From the human T2T-CHM13v2.0 reference genome, Homo sapiens: a DNA stretch of 64,000 bases. The position numbers were made by a program, and so were the translations under genes. The notes below the pieces were generated by a model. It worked only from the letters and a program-made list of their open reading frames with translations. It did no database searches and was not told where the DNA came from. The DNA lies in assembly GCF_009914755.1 (NCBI RefSeq), contig NC_060934.1, one strand, 5' to 3'. Positions within the stretch are counted from its first letter, which is position 1. Each line of letters begins with the position of its first letter. Positions 14,201-28,242 of the stretch are shown here, one piece after another.

Positions 14201-17200
14201 CAGTGCAAGCTTTGGGTGTATAAAGCACTACATAGAGTACACTTCAAATTTCCCAGATTTCGGGTTGAGCCTTGATTTTTATAACACTGAGTATACTGTT
14301 TTTCTCTGGGAGAGACTAAGCAATGTGGCAAGTGACTGAATTTAAAATCAGGAGATTTAGAAGGGTTTAACAACTTTGTTCTGACATGGTTGGGACCTAG
14401 AAGGTGGCGAAGGAATAACTTTCTTCATATGAAGGGAACCATGCTAGAAAGGAATTTCTTTATAATGAAAGCTTAGGATGGTTCTGAAATGTTATGCTAA
14501 TTAGTAATTGATGGTACGAGCATTTTGAAAGCATAGAATGCTATATCAATGCTAACTATTACAGACACAGGTTTAGTTTCTAGCTTAGTCATGCCTTTAG
14601 AGTTTAGTAGCACAAATCCATGCAACCCAACAGAATACATGGTGGGGGCCTAGTATGTAGAATTTGAAAGTAGTTCAAATTTGAATTAGAAGAATGAAGC
14701 TAGGACTTATTTGGAAAAGGAGATAGAAAAAAAAAGATCAGAAACTGTGGGGCCTTATTACCTTTGCAGTAAGTTATCTTCTTCATGAGATATGTGAATT
14801 ATTTTATGTGCAGATTGTGTTTTGGGATTGTCAGATCTAAACTTATATTCTTGCTGGCTAATGTGCTGATAGCTAGGTCTGAAACTTGATGTGCTATCCA
14901 GACACATATGATCAGAAAAGATCTAGAGTGCAAAGAGCTGCCTGAGGAGCAAAATGTGGTTTTAATGTTGTGGAAAGATCACTTGCAAGTATATAAGACT
15001 GTATAAAGAAGAGGACTGTACGCAAGTGGGGTGAAAAAAAAGGATACGCGAATGTGCATATGACTGAATAGGGAGGAAGGTCAGGGCTAGAAAGGAGGCT
15101 ACATAAAAAGGGGCAATGGAGAGTGCACAGGAAAGACACAGGAAGGTCAAGTCGAGCAAGGTAGAAACAGGAGTAGCTAGAGCCATTGGGAATCCATTTT
15201 GAAACAAGAAGGAGTTTTGAAAGGGAATAGGAAAGTAAGTGTCTTGAAGTAAAAGATAAATATGGATGGAGAAGGAAGAAATTCTGGATGATAGAGATGA
15301 TAAAAATATTTATTAAGAAATGAAGTCAGGTTCAGTGTATGAAATGGAAAGGAATTTTTCAGAATTTTAAGAAAGGGGAAGTTCCTCTTGGAAAAGATAT
15401 AGCAACCATCAGGGAATGACCTTTTCATTTCAGAAGAAGTGGGTGAGGAAGGTGGTGTGAGCATCAGGTATATTCTGGACCATTTCAAGTGCTGGTGAGA
15501 AGAAAGGAACTCTTTGCCTGAACTGGGCTTGGTTTTCCAAGTGCTGCTTTGGAAATGAAGACCCAGAGATGCAGAGCTTATGGTAGTTCATAAATCTTTA
15601 TGTTCTATTATCTTTCATCTGCCAATAAAGTTCATTTTCAATAATGCCCACCATTGCTGTGCCCAGAATAACCACAGGCAAACATCAAAACAATACGCAT
15701 AAGTTAGACAAGATTAAATCTTGTCTGATATCTTCACAAACAGATATGCACCATGTTGGAAACAAGTGTTTTTCTAGTCCCATCCAGGCTTCCCACAAGA
15801 AAGCCATGATGTGGGTCTAAACCATATGTTTTGAGTAAAGGAGAATAGAAGAAGGGGAGTGTCCGCAAAATGGAAAGAGATGAAGATGTTCCAAGGAAGT
15901 ATGCTGAAACAGAACAGTGAATGTTTTGCCCAAAACTCAAAAAAAAAAAAAAAAAGAAAAAAAGAAAATTGCAATACATGGCTACTAAGTCTTTGATCGT
16001 AAGTCGAATTTATAGACCTGGAATTTGCCATCCTAGTCTTTCCTTTTTAGTAAGACTTCTGTCCTCTGGCAGTGCATATGGTAGGTCTCTAATGTTTCTG
16101 CATCTCCAGGAAGATGCAGATCCTTATTTTTGCTGGGAAATCCTTCTAAATAGAAATGTAACATTTTTATAAAAACAGATTAATGTGTTTTTCACTTAGT
16201 AAATGTTTTCAAGAGCTGAATTGAGAAGGAAAGAGACTGGAGTGGTTAATGGTGATTTGATTTCTGGCATTTTGAGTTTTCTGCTACAATTAGCTACATT
16301 ACTTGGTGCCAAAGATCAGTGGGGAATTGTTGAGTTGCTGTATCCTTTAAAAAAAAAAACAAAAAACTTGTTATTTTGAAAGAACTTAAGGCTCACAAGA
16401 TGTTACAAAAATAGTAGAGTGGCCTTACCCTAGATCCAGTTTTCCCCATTTACAACATTTCACTTAGTCCATTTTCGGAACCAGAAAATTAACATTGGCA
16501 TAATGCTATTAACTAAACTACAGACCTTTTTTCAATGTCGCCAGTTTTCCACACATATTCATTTAGTTGCTGGATACTTTTAATTCTTGCTGATTTGTAA
16601 TCTGGCCTTGCTTGGATATAACAGGAAAGATACTATCTGGATAAAGTTCTACAGTTTTAGAGAGACTATTAACACACTAATGTGTTCCTTTGTCATGAGC
16701 AATACCCTGACTACACTGCTTCTAAACTTTCTGATTTGTTTGGCTGTTTGGCATCTGAAACAATCCAAGACAAACTTAGAAAGATTAGGCAACACAAAAG
16801 ACAGTAAGACCTGTTCATAGCTTGTTGCCTAGAAAACCAGGTAGCAGGATATTCTAGATGCTTCCTGCTGCTTCTACGTGAGTAGGATTAGCACTGGGGA
16901 CAAAATAAGGAGTTTAGAGTAAACCAGTATTTCAGTCAAGAGTTAGTTGGCACTTAGTTAATGGCACTGGAAATAGCTTGTGGAGAGAACAGAATACAAT
17001 GGTATAGACTCCTAATGTTTGATAAAATACTATTTTCAGCGTGGTAGAGAGGTTTTATTTGCCTAAATAGCTGTTATTAAATGGAATAACAACCACATTA
17101 GACCAAATTAATTGCAAACACAGCGGCAACCTGGGGAGAAGTTGAAACTCCAGTTTTGTGGATTACAGTTTTGAGTTTTATGATTGACATTTTTAAGTCC

Positions 17201-19550
17201 CCTATTTAAGGGGTCAAGATTATAACAATGTGTGTCTTATTAAGTCTCCAGGTCATTGTGAGCACTTAATAAATATTTGCTGAATGTTGTTTTTTTGAAT
17301 GAACATAAGATAGAAACAAAAACTTCTCATCCAATTAACTAGAGTGAACGTAGGGAGAATTGTTTTGCTGTAACATGGAGAGTTTATTTTCAAATGAGGA
17401 AAGAGAAAAAATTACTCAGACTTGTTCCTGGTGAAGTGCATTCTCTGTTTGTATACTTTTTGATGGAGAAATTGATCTATAGAGCTGCTTAATTTTTTGA
17501 GGCATTTAGACAGCAATGAAAGGTAGTTCTCCACAGGACACCGAATCAAAAGGAGAGACCAGACTCTGGCCTCATATCCAGCCTATTTGAAACAAGCTAT
17601 CTAGTTTCTCCTGCAGACACCTTGTCAACAACATGCAACAGTGTCAGGTGCCTTGCAGGAAAATAATCTGAGTCCCAAGCTAGCCTGTGCTCATCCACAA
17701 TCACAATGAACATGTCAAGGAAGAATTTGCAGAGACTCAAGGGAAGCACAATGGGATAAGGTAATCACTTTCAGTGAAAAACTGTTTTCTTGAAAACAGG
17801 CTTGGACACAATTGAAAGCTGGCTTCCTGCAAACACGCCAAGAGTCTGTAATCTAGCCTATCCATTTTATGTCCTTTATTATTCATGGTATCCTATTCTT
17901 CTACCTTGTTGCCTGGTAACTTTTTCTGAGGACTGAGTTTCTGCAGCGATGTGGTGCACTCTTCCTGTGATGAAGAAATATCTGGGCCCCCTTCTGCAGG
18001 CTTTGGAAGATGATGTGTCTTGTCAAGGGGTAAAGGGCAAATGGATTTAATTTCTGCTTAAAACTATCATAGACGTTCCAAATAGAATATGTAAAATTTC
18101 TCTGTATTAGAAAAAGAAATGTGATACCAATTGTATATTTCCTTTTCTTTATTTATTCTCTGTAAGTCTGTCAGATGATAAATTGTAAATAACAATGATT
18201 AAAGAGTCATGCTACTGATGGATCTCCCTTTCTGTATAAACAGTGCCAGTTCTGGGCTTTGTAACCTTTGCTCTTTATAGTCTTACATCATTCCTGGGGA
18301 AGTGATGGGGCATGGGCCCAGAGCTGGGGTGTATGTGGTGTGGACACCTGTTTGTGGGGCTTTCCAACAAAGGATTATTTAAATAGACCTCTAACATATG
18401 AGTTGACTGTTTATTGGGAAGAAAGCATCTTGGTCTCTGATATATCCAAACATACGAGACACTGGGATTTTACGTCCTCACATTAATTAGTCCAGTTCTG
18501 GGGAATCCAGTCTAGAATTAACTGGTGATCCCTTATCGTTATGGTTACCGACTTGTCTTGTTTGATACACAGAAATCCTTTTTAAATCCAAATATAGTCT
18601 GTCTCAGACTACCCGCACATGCACAAACCAAAAAAAAACTATGAAAACCAGAATTTAGACTCAGTCATTATACTAGAGATTAGAATGAAACGACCCCAAA
18701 CAACCCATTTCTTACCTGGTCTCTGAGAATAAGTTTATACTTTTAGTTTTCTGAGAATACTTCTCAGAATATGTGAGTTTTCTGAGCACATTTTTCAGCA
18801 CGGGGCATGGTAGATAAATCACAGGCCAAGGTTTGGCAGGGATAGATGGGATCATTGTGTACCCTATTGTTCTTCTGATTTCCAGGAGAACAGAATGAGC
18901 CCATGCAAAACATAAACTTACGATGATTAAAAAAAACACACCTATCCATTCACTCATCAATAAAAACATATTATGATGGTTATCAAGCTGTGTCCTATGA
19001 GTGATAAAATATTTGTAAAATATAAAATTAAATGGCATCTATTGTGAACTCTATTCTAGTCTCTCTGAGCACCTCTAGCAGTTCAGCCCATCTTTCAAAA
19101 GTCATAACACCTTGAAAGCAGCAACTTTAGTGGAGAAAAAGGAAGAAGAGAGCAGTTTCATCACTTGGCTTGAATGAAAATCTTGGGGAAAGGAGAGACA
19201 GACGGTCTTGCTCTGAAGCTGTCTGGACTTCACTTAATTCAGTCTGTCTTAGGCTGGCGGTCATCCCGAGACTGCGGTAATGCTGAGCCTCCACAGCCCA
19301 GGCCCTCTCCCTTCTTTATAGAAATGATTTTTTTTATGGGACAGCCACACAACCTGGTCTTCTTATTCCTCATCACCTCTGAGCTCTAGGACATTTTAAA
19401 ATGAGTCTTTGGGTCTAGACTCTCACAATTAGGCTTAATTTTACTCCATGACTTTCAGAAAATGTTGTTAAATTGTGGTCTCTTTAGAACAGTTGAAAGT
19501 GGGATAAGCGTAGGAGCTGAGTTCGACCCCCATGATATAGAAATTTTATT

Positions 19551-19907
<357 letters not shown>

Positions 19908-20242
19908 GTTTTATTTAGGAATCTAATGTTCTAATAACCAGATTTGTTCTTTCAATCTAATTTTCTTGATATAGGATAAATGATTACTAAGTAAGTTGGT
20001 ATCATTAATCAAAACCTCTAGAATCAAAAGCCAATATAAATTATCTCAGTGTTTTATGGATCATTGCTGTTCATAAATAATTAAAACACTGAAAGAGGCC
20101 ATTAAATAAAGTATGTTCAGTAGCGTTTGATGTATGATACACAGTTTTATTCTGCATGAGCTGGGGCTAGTGATGGTCCCATTACCAGTCTACTACAAAT
20201 ACAGAAACCTAGAGTAAGCATTAGAAACCTTTATAGCAGTTT

Positions 20243-21534
20243 TGTCACTGGAAGGAGGGCCTTGAGTGTGAGTCATCCAGGTTTTTGGCCATTTGGAACG
20301 AAAAGTTGGACAAAATGCACAAAGTAACAAAGGTGAAGCTGCGAAAGCAAAAGCAGGGATTTATTAAACTGAGAAAGCACTCCACAGGGTGGGAGTGGGC
20401 CTGAGCAAGTGGCTCAAGGGCCCAGTTACAAAGTTTTCTGGGTTTTAAATAGTTCTTTTGAGGTCCCTATGCGCTACCCCTTATCTGGATGAAGGATTTG
20501 GTTTATGGCTAAGTAAAGGCTGAGGTGAATTTGTGCCCTATGCAGATGATGGCATGGCCCATGCTTAGTGGTTGGCCCACAGCCAATCCAAGGCACTTTC
20601 CCTTTCCATCTGAGACACGGTGGAAGTGTGGCAGGCCACGTCTCACTAACAACTGTTTCAGTACTGACTAAGTGGTTAAATATTGAAAGCCAGTGCCCTT
20701 ATACAAAGGCTGGGGTGTAACAAAAGCCCATTAAGAATTTTGCCTAGGCCTTTCCTGGGCCTCTTAAAGCATACAAAATAAAGAAAGAATTCTTAACAGG
20801 ACCCCTTTAGGATTAAACAAGTTTTATTGTGGTCTGAAGAAACTCCCCAGGCCTCCACAAACAAGTTTATTGGGGGGTCTAAGAGAACTCCTCAAACCTC
20901 CACCACTTAGCAGGAGAGAATACAAGGATAATCACCCCAGCACCTGGACCCATTTAGGTTAAGTAAATTTACTGAGGCTCCAGAGGAAGGTTTTCAGGAC
21001 TCAGACCTTAGTTACAGATTAAAAGAAGTTAATCACTTATGTCTTTAGATAAATGCACACTTACACGTAGACAGTTCGCTTAGAAGGTATATAAGCTCTG
21101 AAAAACTGTAATTTTGAGTTGGTCTGGCGATAATTTCCAGGCCTTCTCCCTGCAACCGGTTACAGAAATAAAAACTCTCTTCCTCCCCAGCTCATCTGCA
21201 TCTCGTTATTGGGCCTTGAAAAATAGCAGCCCAACCCTCAGTTTGGTCTGGGAACAGAAGGTTGTAGGGAGAGTAGCCTTTGATCCTTTGCTACTGGGGA
21301 GTGGGGAGATGGGGTTTTTCCTTCTGGTTTAGCTTTAGGAAGTTGGTGTTAATTGGCCCTAGGCTCTCGGCCCCCAGACCCAGGTGTTTTCCTTTTGATC
21401 CAGCTTTGGGAAGCCAGCACCAACTGGTCTCAGATTCCCTACTTCCAGCCCTTGCTGTTTTTCCTTGATTGAGCTTTAGGAAGTCAGCACGAAGTGGCCT
21501 TAAGTACCCTGCCTCCAAACCCTATTCTGCCTCA
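20243..21534 (-). mobile_element. ERV1 MER4-group-like solo LTR, interrupted by a second LTR
   Basis: TG...CA termini; minus strand starts TGAGGCAGAATAGG, typical of MER41/51/61-type LTRs. Confidence 0.7.
20627..21256 (+). mobile_element. 630-bp ERV solo LTR nested in the older LTR
   Basis: TGTGGCAGG...GGGAACA termini, 4-bp TSD GAAG (20623-20626, 21257-21260), TATATAAG at 21088, AATAAA at 21167. Confidence 0.85.
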
Positions 21535-22099
21535 TTTTGGCAGAGTACTTTTATATGTCTTGGATCTAATAATAAAATATCGGGGCTTGTGTTTTGTATG
21601 CCTTTTGCTTTTCTTTTTCTAGCACTTTTTTTTTTTGTATTTTCTAAAAGCACCCATCTGGAATGGCTTGGAGACAAAAACAGGTCCTTTAGCACAGTTT
21701 GAGATGCACTGATACAGAAGGTTACAGCACATTCTCAGTACTTCGGCGAATGAAGTTCTGAGATTCTGGTTCCACGCCACATTCCAAGTTTTGAATACTG
21801 GTAATTTAGGTCTGATTCTACATAAAGTTCTTAATAAAATCAGTGCTCATTTTCTCAAATAAGTTTCTTTAGAGGAGGAGGTCTGGGATCAAAAGTTGGG
21901 CTGTGAAGTGGCACAATGCCTGGATCTGTACATCCAAAAAGGAGTGGAAAATTAGATAATAATCGCCCAACTTTGGCTCCTAGACCCAAACCTTTTCTCT
22001 AGAATGGGCACTGGTGCAAATACCGTGAGGCCTTCCTGCAATGAAGTGCCAATCTCAGGCGCCAGGGCACAGACCCAGTGCGTGTCACAGATCCTGTCC

Positions 22100-22640
22100 T
22101 GAGTGCTAGGCCGGGTGACGCCCCCACCAGGATTAAAGATCAGGGGTCCGCTGAGCCCTAGGAAGCAGTGACAGACACCTGCGCCAAGGCGGAGCGAGAA
22201 GAGCCTGGAATGGCTCCGGGCTTTGCGTCACGCAGCTCCGCCCCTCGGCCTATCTCACCCGACGCCGTCTCCGAGGGCAGGGAACGGTTGGCGGACTGAG
22301 ATTGGAGGGATCAGCTCAGACTCGATGACGCAACGGGAGGCGGGGCGTGGCCGTACTCTGATTGGTGACGGGTGAGGCGGCCCGAAATCGTAGGACTTCC
22401 GAAAGCAGCGGCGGCGTTTGCTTCACTGCTTGGAAGTGTGAGTGCGCGAAGATGCGAAAGGTGGTTTTGATTACCGGGGCTAGCAGGTGAGGCTCCTTTG
22501 TGTTGGCAGAGGCGGCAGCGGATCAGGGGTCCGAGAGAGCAGGGGTCTGCGACCCTCCACGAACGGACCCCGGAAGCGCCCGCCCCTGGCTTTGCCTAGG
22601 TTCCCCGGAGTCTGCAGCAGGTGTGGGGCATGTCGGCCTC
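22100..22640 (+). promoter_or_regulatory. CpG-island promoter with CRE-like, GC-box, SRE-like and inverted CCAAT motifs
   Basis: CpG-dense. TTGCGTCA 22223, CTCCGCCCC 22236, CTCACCCGAC 22254, ATTGG 22301 and 22361, TGACGCAA 22326, GGGAGGCGGGGC 22335, GACGGGTGAG 22367. Confidence 0.8.
22452..22486 (+). pseudogene. HSD17B7P2: HSD17B7P2 exon 1 coding part (MRKVVLITGASS)
   Basis: ATG at 22452; donor AG|GTGAGG at 22487. Confidence 0.95.
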
Positions 22641-24308
22641 TTGAGGTGCTCAGTAACTGGTGCTTTGTATTAAACATGACAGTGAAAAGGAAAACTAGAG
22701 CATCAGTAAGTGATGAGTGTCGCAGTGATGATCCTGAGGTTATCAAGGCAATGGGGTACTCAGGCGGGCTCCGCCCCTTTTCCATCTTTGCCTACTGTTC
22801 GTATTTATCGTCAGTGCCCAATAGTTTGCTCCTGACCACGTGATCATGTCTTATACTCCAGGTGTTTTGTCTGTACAAGCCTTTTGCCTACAAATTTGGA
22901 CACCCATGAACATTAGGACGGTGGAGAGAAAACAATCCCGTTTCATTTAGCTCAGTGCTAGAGAGCTAACATACTCTTCAGAAACCCAGAGAAAATTAAT
23001 CTTTTCCTATGAAGGCATGGTTGGGGTGCAGAATAACCAGCTCATAATAATTCCAGGGTTGCTCGTTTAGTCTCTCAGCCTCTTCTGTTGCTTGTTTTAC
23101 CTGTCATTTGCACTTCTGTGAAAAATGTGTGGAGGATGAAGCCAATCAAACCATTTTTCTACTAGTTGCATTTGACATTTTTAAATGATTAAGACAGAGG
23201 ACATGTTAAACATTTAAGATTGATCCACTTTGAATTATTTAACCACATGCATATTAACTAAGCCAGCTTGGTAGGTGTCTGCATTTGGCAACTTTTTAGC
23301 ATACCCTCTCAAGTGACTTTAACCGTTGATTGGTGCTTCTTATGTGGAAGGTACTGAGTAAGTCAGAATTGATTTTGTCTGTTCCTTTTACATACATTGT
23401 GATATGTGCAATTGTATATTAAATGCCTACTGTTCTCATGTGAGGACAAATAAATATTTTTGATGCTTTGTTGTTGGTGCTAATAGATTACTGATGGTTC
23501 CAGGCTCTTTTTGGGTTTTAACTATTAACATATTTGCCTGGAATCAACTTAAGTCTTGAAAGAGAACTTATTACCCAGCTTTTCATCGCTATCAGCCAGG
23601 CTGGTCTGACTGCTGTCACCACTCCTATGCGGTTTTACAATGCTGGTTTTGAAGTTCTTTGTTTCCAAGTGGTGTACTCATCTAATATTTAGTGTATTCC
23701 TACCTTCTACTTAATCATGTTGAGTTCTTTCTTTTTCTATTATTTAATCATAGTTGTTGAGAGGGATTTGTACATCCTGCCATGTTACTGATGCCTCATC
23801 CTGAAAGATTCATCTCTTCCTTTATCAGAGATTTCTGGTGCTCCTTATGGTGTTTATGATACCAATAGGTGGTAGAGCCCTTGCCCCTGAGGAGCCTAGA
23901 GAGCAAAGTCAAAATGCACATAGGAAACAGCTAATAAGATGCTCTTTTGAGCCCTTACTGGTGATATATTAAATCATTTTCATGAGTGGCATAATAAGTA
24001 CAAAATGAAAACCACTGGCAGGATAAAGCCCAGTAGTAGAAAAACTAAAGAACAATTCTTGTTTTCAGTCCAGTTATTTTGTCACTGAAGTTTTTCAAAA
24101 CGAGAAAAACACAAACTAGGCTGTGTCTCAAGCAAGTGACTATTGGAGTGTAGGATTCCTCCCTTCTTAAATAATTGTTGAGTCTTTTCTTTCTATCTGG
24201 GCTTCTCATTGGAGGTCAAGTTGACACAGTTTTCTGAACCAGAGAGAAATGCCTCTACCTGATGCCATCCCAGATAACCCACATCTTGTGTCTGAATTGT
24301 CCTCCCAG

Positions 24309-24512
24309 TGGCATTGGCCTGGCCCTCTGCAAGCGGCTGCTGGCGGAAGATGATGAGCTTCATCTGTGTTTGGCGTGCAGGAATATGAGCAAGGCAGAAG
24401 CTGTCTGTGCTGCTCTGCTGGCCTCTCACCCCACTGCTGAGGTCACCATTGTCCAGGTGGATGTCAGCAACCTGCAGTCATTCTTCCGGGCCTCCAAGGA
24501 ACTTAAGCAAAG
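24309..24512 (+). pseudogene. HSD17B7P2: HSD17B7P2 exon 2 ([29 protein letters not shown]...KELKQR)
   Basis: cctcccag acceptor, 204 nt, AG|GTATAT donor; lies within ORF 24262..24528. Confidence 0.95.
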
Positions 24513-24679
24513 GTATATCTCTTGCTGATGGATTTTTTTTTTCTCGTGTGATTGTGCAGCATAACACTTAATAAAATAAGAGAGGAAAGAAAAACCTAAA
24601 AAGAAACAGGTGCGGTGTAAGCAGTTATGTTGAAGAAGTCTGTATAGGGTGACCCACTGTGTCTCAGTACCACGTTTTC

Positions 24680-24983
<304 letters not shown>

Positions 24984-27900
24984 AGTACCACATTTTCAAT
25001 CTCAATCATGATCATAATTATTTCATGGAGACTAATTTATAAGTACATCCTGATGTGTGATCAGTTGGTGCTGGGATTACAGGCATGAGCCATTGCACCC
25101 AGCCAGTACCACATTTTCAGTCTCAATCACGATCATAATTATTTCATGGAGACTAAGTTATGAGTACATCCTGATACATATCGATCAGTTGGTGCTGGGA
25201 TTACAGGTGTGAGCCATTGCACTTGGCCAGTACCACATTTTCAATCTCAACCATGATCGTAATTATTTCATGGAGACTAATTTGTAAGTACATCCTGGTG
25301 TGTGATCAGTTGCACTGCCTTACGTTAAGGTAACTCCTTTGACATTTGAATTCATTTTTTACATCTTTCTTCACATAATGAATTCATTAAGTAGATAAGG
25401 CAAGTAGTGAGTGACATTTAACAAGTGAAGAAACTGAGACACAGAAATAAGGGTAATATGCCTGGGAAGGTCATCCAGTCTTATATTAGTTGGGTGGGTC
25501 CAAGACCCCAGGGCTTCTCCCTGCTTCCTAAGGAGTATTTTTTTTCCCTAGGCCAGTAAAGATTTGTTCACACCTTCACAGTAATTGGCATGTAATAGAC
25601 ATTTGATCAGTAGTTGGTATATGAAGGAATAGAGTCCTCAGATGTATAACTCCCCTGAAAGTGAACACAAAATTGCATGTAGGTGCACAATGCATTTTTT
25701 GGGCAGAGAGGGCTTTTTATTTATTTATTTGTTTTTAAATTGTAAGAGGAATTTATGATGAAAAAAGTCCAAGAACCCTGCACTAGTCTATGCTGCCCTA
25801 GGGCTATCTGGAATAATTAATTTTCAAATATTGAGGCACTTAAGAGACAAAGAACTACCTTGTTTCCTTGGACAGTAAAATGAAATGGGTAGAAACAAGG
25901 AAGGCCTTCTTGATGAAGACGTTTGCTGAATAAAAATACTTCGTATTTTATGTGAATTGATAATCATTTGCATTTGCCTGTTCCAAATGCACAAGTTACA
26001 AAGTGAAAGCTAGTTTTCTTCACTCCAGCTCTTCTCAGTGTGGCCTTAGTCCTTTGTAAATGTGGTTTCTCTCTCCAGTATTGCTGAGCTATTAGAGTTT
26101 TCTACCGCATCTTAAAGAAAAAAAAAAAAAAAAAACCTGAGGAGATTTTCTAGGTTCTGTTTTCACATAAATTTTGATATATTCCATATCCCCGACTCCT
26201 CCATAACTTAAGCATCTCCAGGGCTGTGAAACTGTATACTGAATGTCCTTATGGAGATAAAAACCATGAAGTTGAGAGAAGTTATGAGTTTTAAATCATG
26301 TTTACAGGCATTCTTTTCCCAAACTTTCTTAGCCAGCTGGCTTCTTACCTGCTTTGTTTAGATTTTGTTATATTTTCTTATTTGGAAGAAAAGAACCTTC
26401 ATTTCCCAGTTAATAATATCCCATTCCGATGCAGTTTACTTTTGAGACCCAAAGTTTTAACATTTATAGTACTGACTATTCCCAAATGCCTTCAAAGGTT
26501 CAAGATATTCGGTACTTTATCGCAAGTTTAGTAATTTAGTATTTCGTAAGATATTTAGCAACTTAGCACAGATTCAAGGCAGTGAGGCTGTGGGGCAGAA
26601 GGGAGCACTTCAGGTGATAAGTGAGTTGTCCCAGGTACCTGTCATCAGCGTTTTAGTGAAGTTTTGAGGTATTTATTTAGTCCACAAAACAGCCTTTTTT
26701 TTGAGATGGTTGGTGTTATTCAAGTTTAGGAAATGATGGTTGTAGTGATATTCACAAGTTTGGAATATATGAAAGTGTCCAGAAAGATTCTTACTTATGT
26801 CAAGAAACTGCACCCAGTGGCTCAAATGGATCTCTTCAGTTCTAAGTCTGAAATAAACTAGAGCTAAAGAGAGCTCGAGAATCCCTTCTAATGGCTCAAG
26901 TAGCACCATCCCTGACACCTGGTCTTTCCATCTGTAGCATTCTCTTCTATTACATAGTGCAGATGAAAACTATTAAGAAATAGTGATGCTGTTTTATCCA
27001 TATTAGAGCAATGTATCAATTATTTTATTGATGAGTGGTATGTCATTTTACTGAAGCCAGAGCTTAATTTGATGTCTTTACTAAACATTTCCTCTCCGTT
27101 CCTAGCCAAATATGTTAATATTCGTAGATAAAAGTTGGCAAATAAGGTAATAGAACAAGCAACAATGGATGAACTCACACTATCTTTGTGGCACTTACAT
27201 GATGAACTGATGGTAATAATATCAGCATTTTAAATGGTCAATTTAATAATTTGAGTCATTTGTCAATTATTTATAGGATGATCAAGAAATGGTTGTATGT
27301 GATCCGTGTTGAAGACCATGTATGTATTTCAGGGTCCTAACTTTAGAAGCTATGACTCTTAATATCTTGGGTTATTCAGAGACAGTTTGGCACATAGAAC
27401 TCTAGGAGATATTCTGAATATTTATGGTGTCTGTAAGTATCATGAGAGCAGGCTTTACCTGCCTTGAACCTAGTTCAAAATGAGTACATTTAAACCTATA
27501 TAAGTCTTAGATGAAGAGTCTTAGATGAAGACTTACATAGGTTTAAAACTGAAAATGCTTTTTCAACTCAGCATTTCATATCCCTTCCATGACAAGTATT
27601 CAGGGGGGAGCCCAACAAGATTACCTTACCCCCATTCATCTTTTATAATCTCATTGTATTCTTACGAACTTTCATCATTTTAGGATGCATAGGACTTGTC
27701 CATGAACACTGAAAGGTTTCCACATGGATCTTCTGTTTTATTATATATTTTGGCATTCAGATTTCAGCATTAATAGATCAGGTCAGGTGAATATCAATAG
27801 TATATAAATTTTACTTGTCAACCAGAGGAGATGTGGATTTTTTTTTTTAAAAGCAAGAGACTTTGTAAGATGAGGAGAGTGGGTTTAAGAGTTAGAGGGT

Positions 27901-28242
27901 TGCTGCAATTCCTTATTGAGAGGACAGAGCTGGAAGGAATTATTGATCAGAGGTTTTACTTAAAGTCCACGATGACTCCACAGATTCTGTTTGAAGCCAC
28001 TACCAAAGAAAGAATTCTCAAATGTTTACTGTAGCTAAAGAAAAACTGTTGAGAAAGAAATGCTGTAACTCTAATGTGCTATAAATTCTTCTGAGCTTGC
28101 TGTGGCTAATTTATTAATTTAAAAAGTATTTTTTGTCTTTCTTAGGCCTCCTTGAATCTAGTCACTCTAGAGATAGAATACACAATCTTGTCCTGATGTT
28201 TTTACTTGCAACTCACAATCTTGTTTGGTGGTTTAGTTGCAG

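Noticed and set aside
22480-22843. 118-aa and 101-aa ORFs at the CpG island
   Set aside because: They lie in intron 1, and the + ORF starts at the splice-donor GTG; expected by-products of GC-rich sequence.
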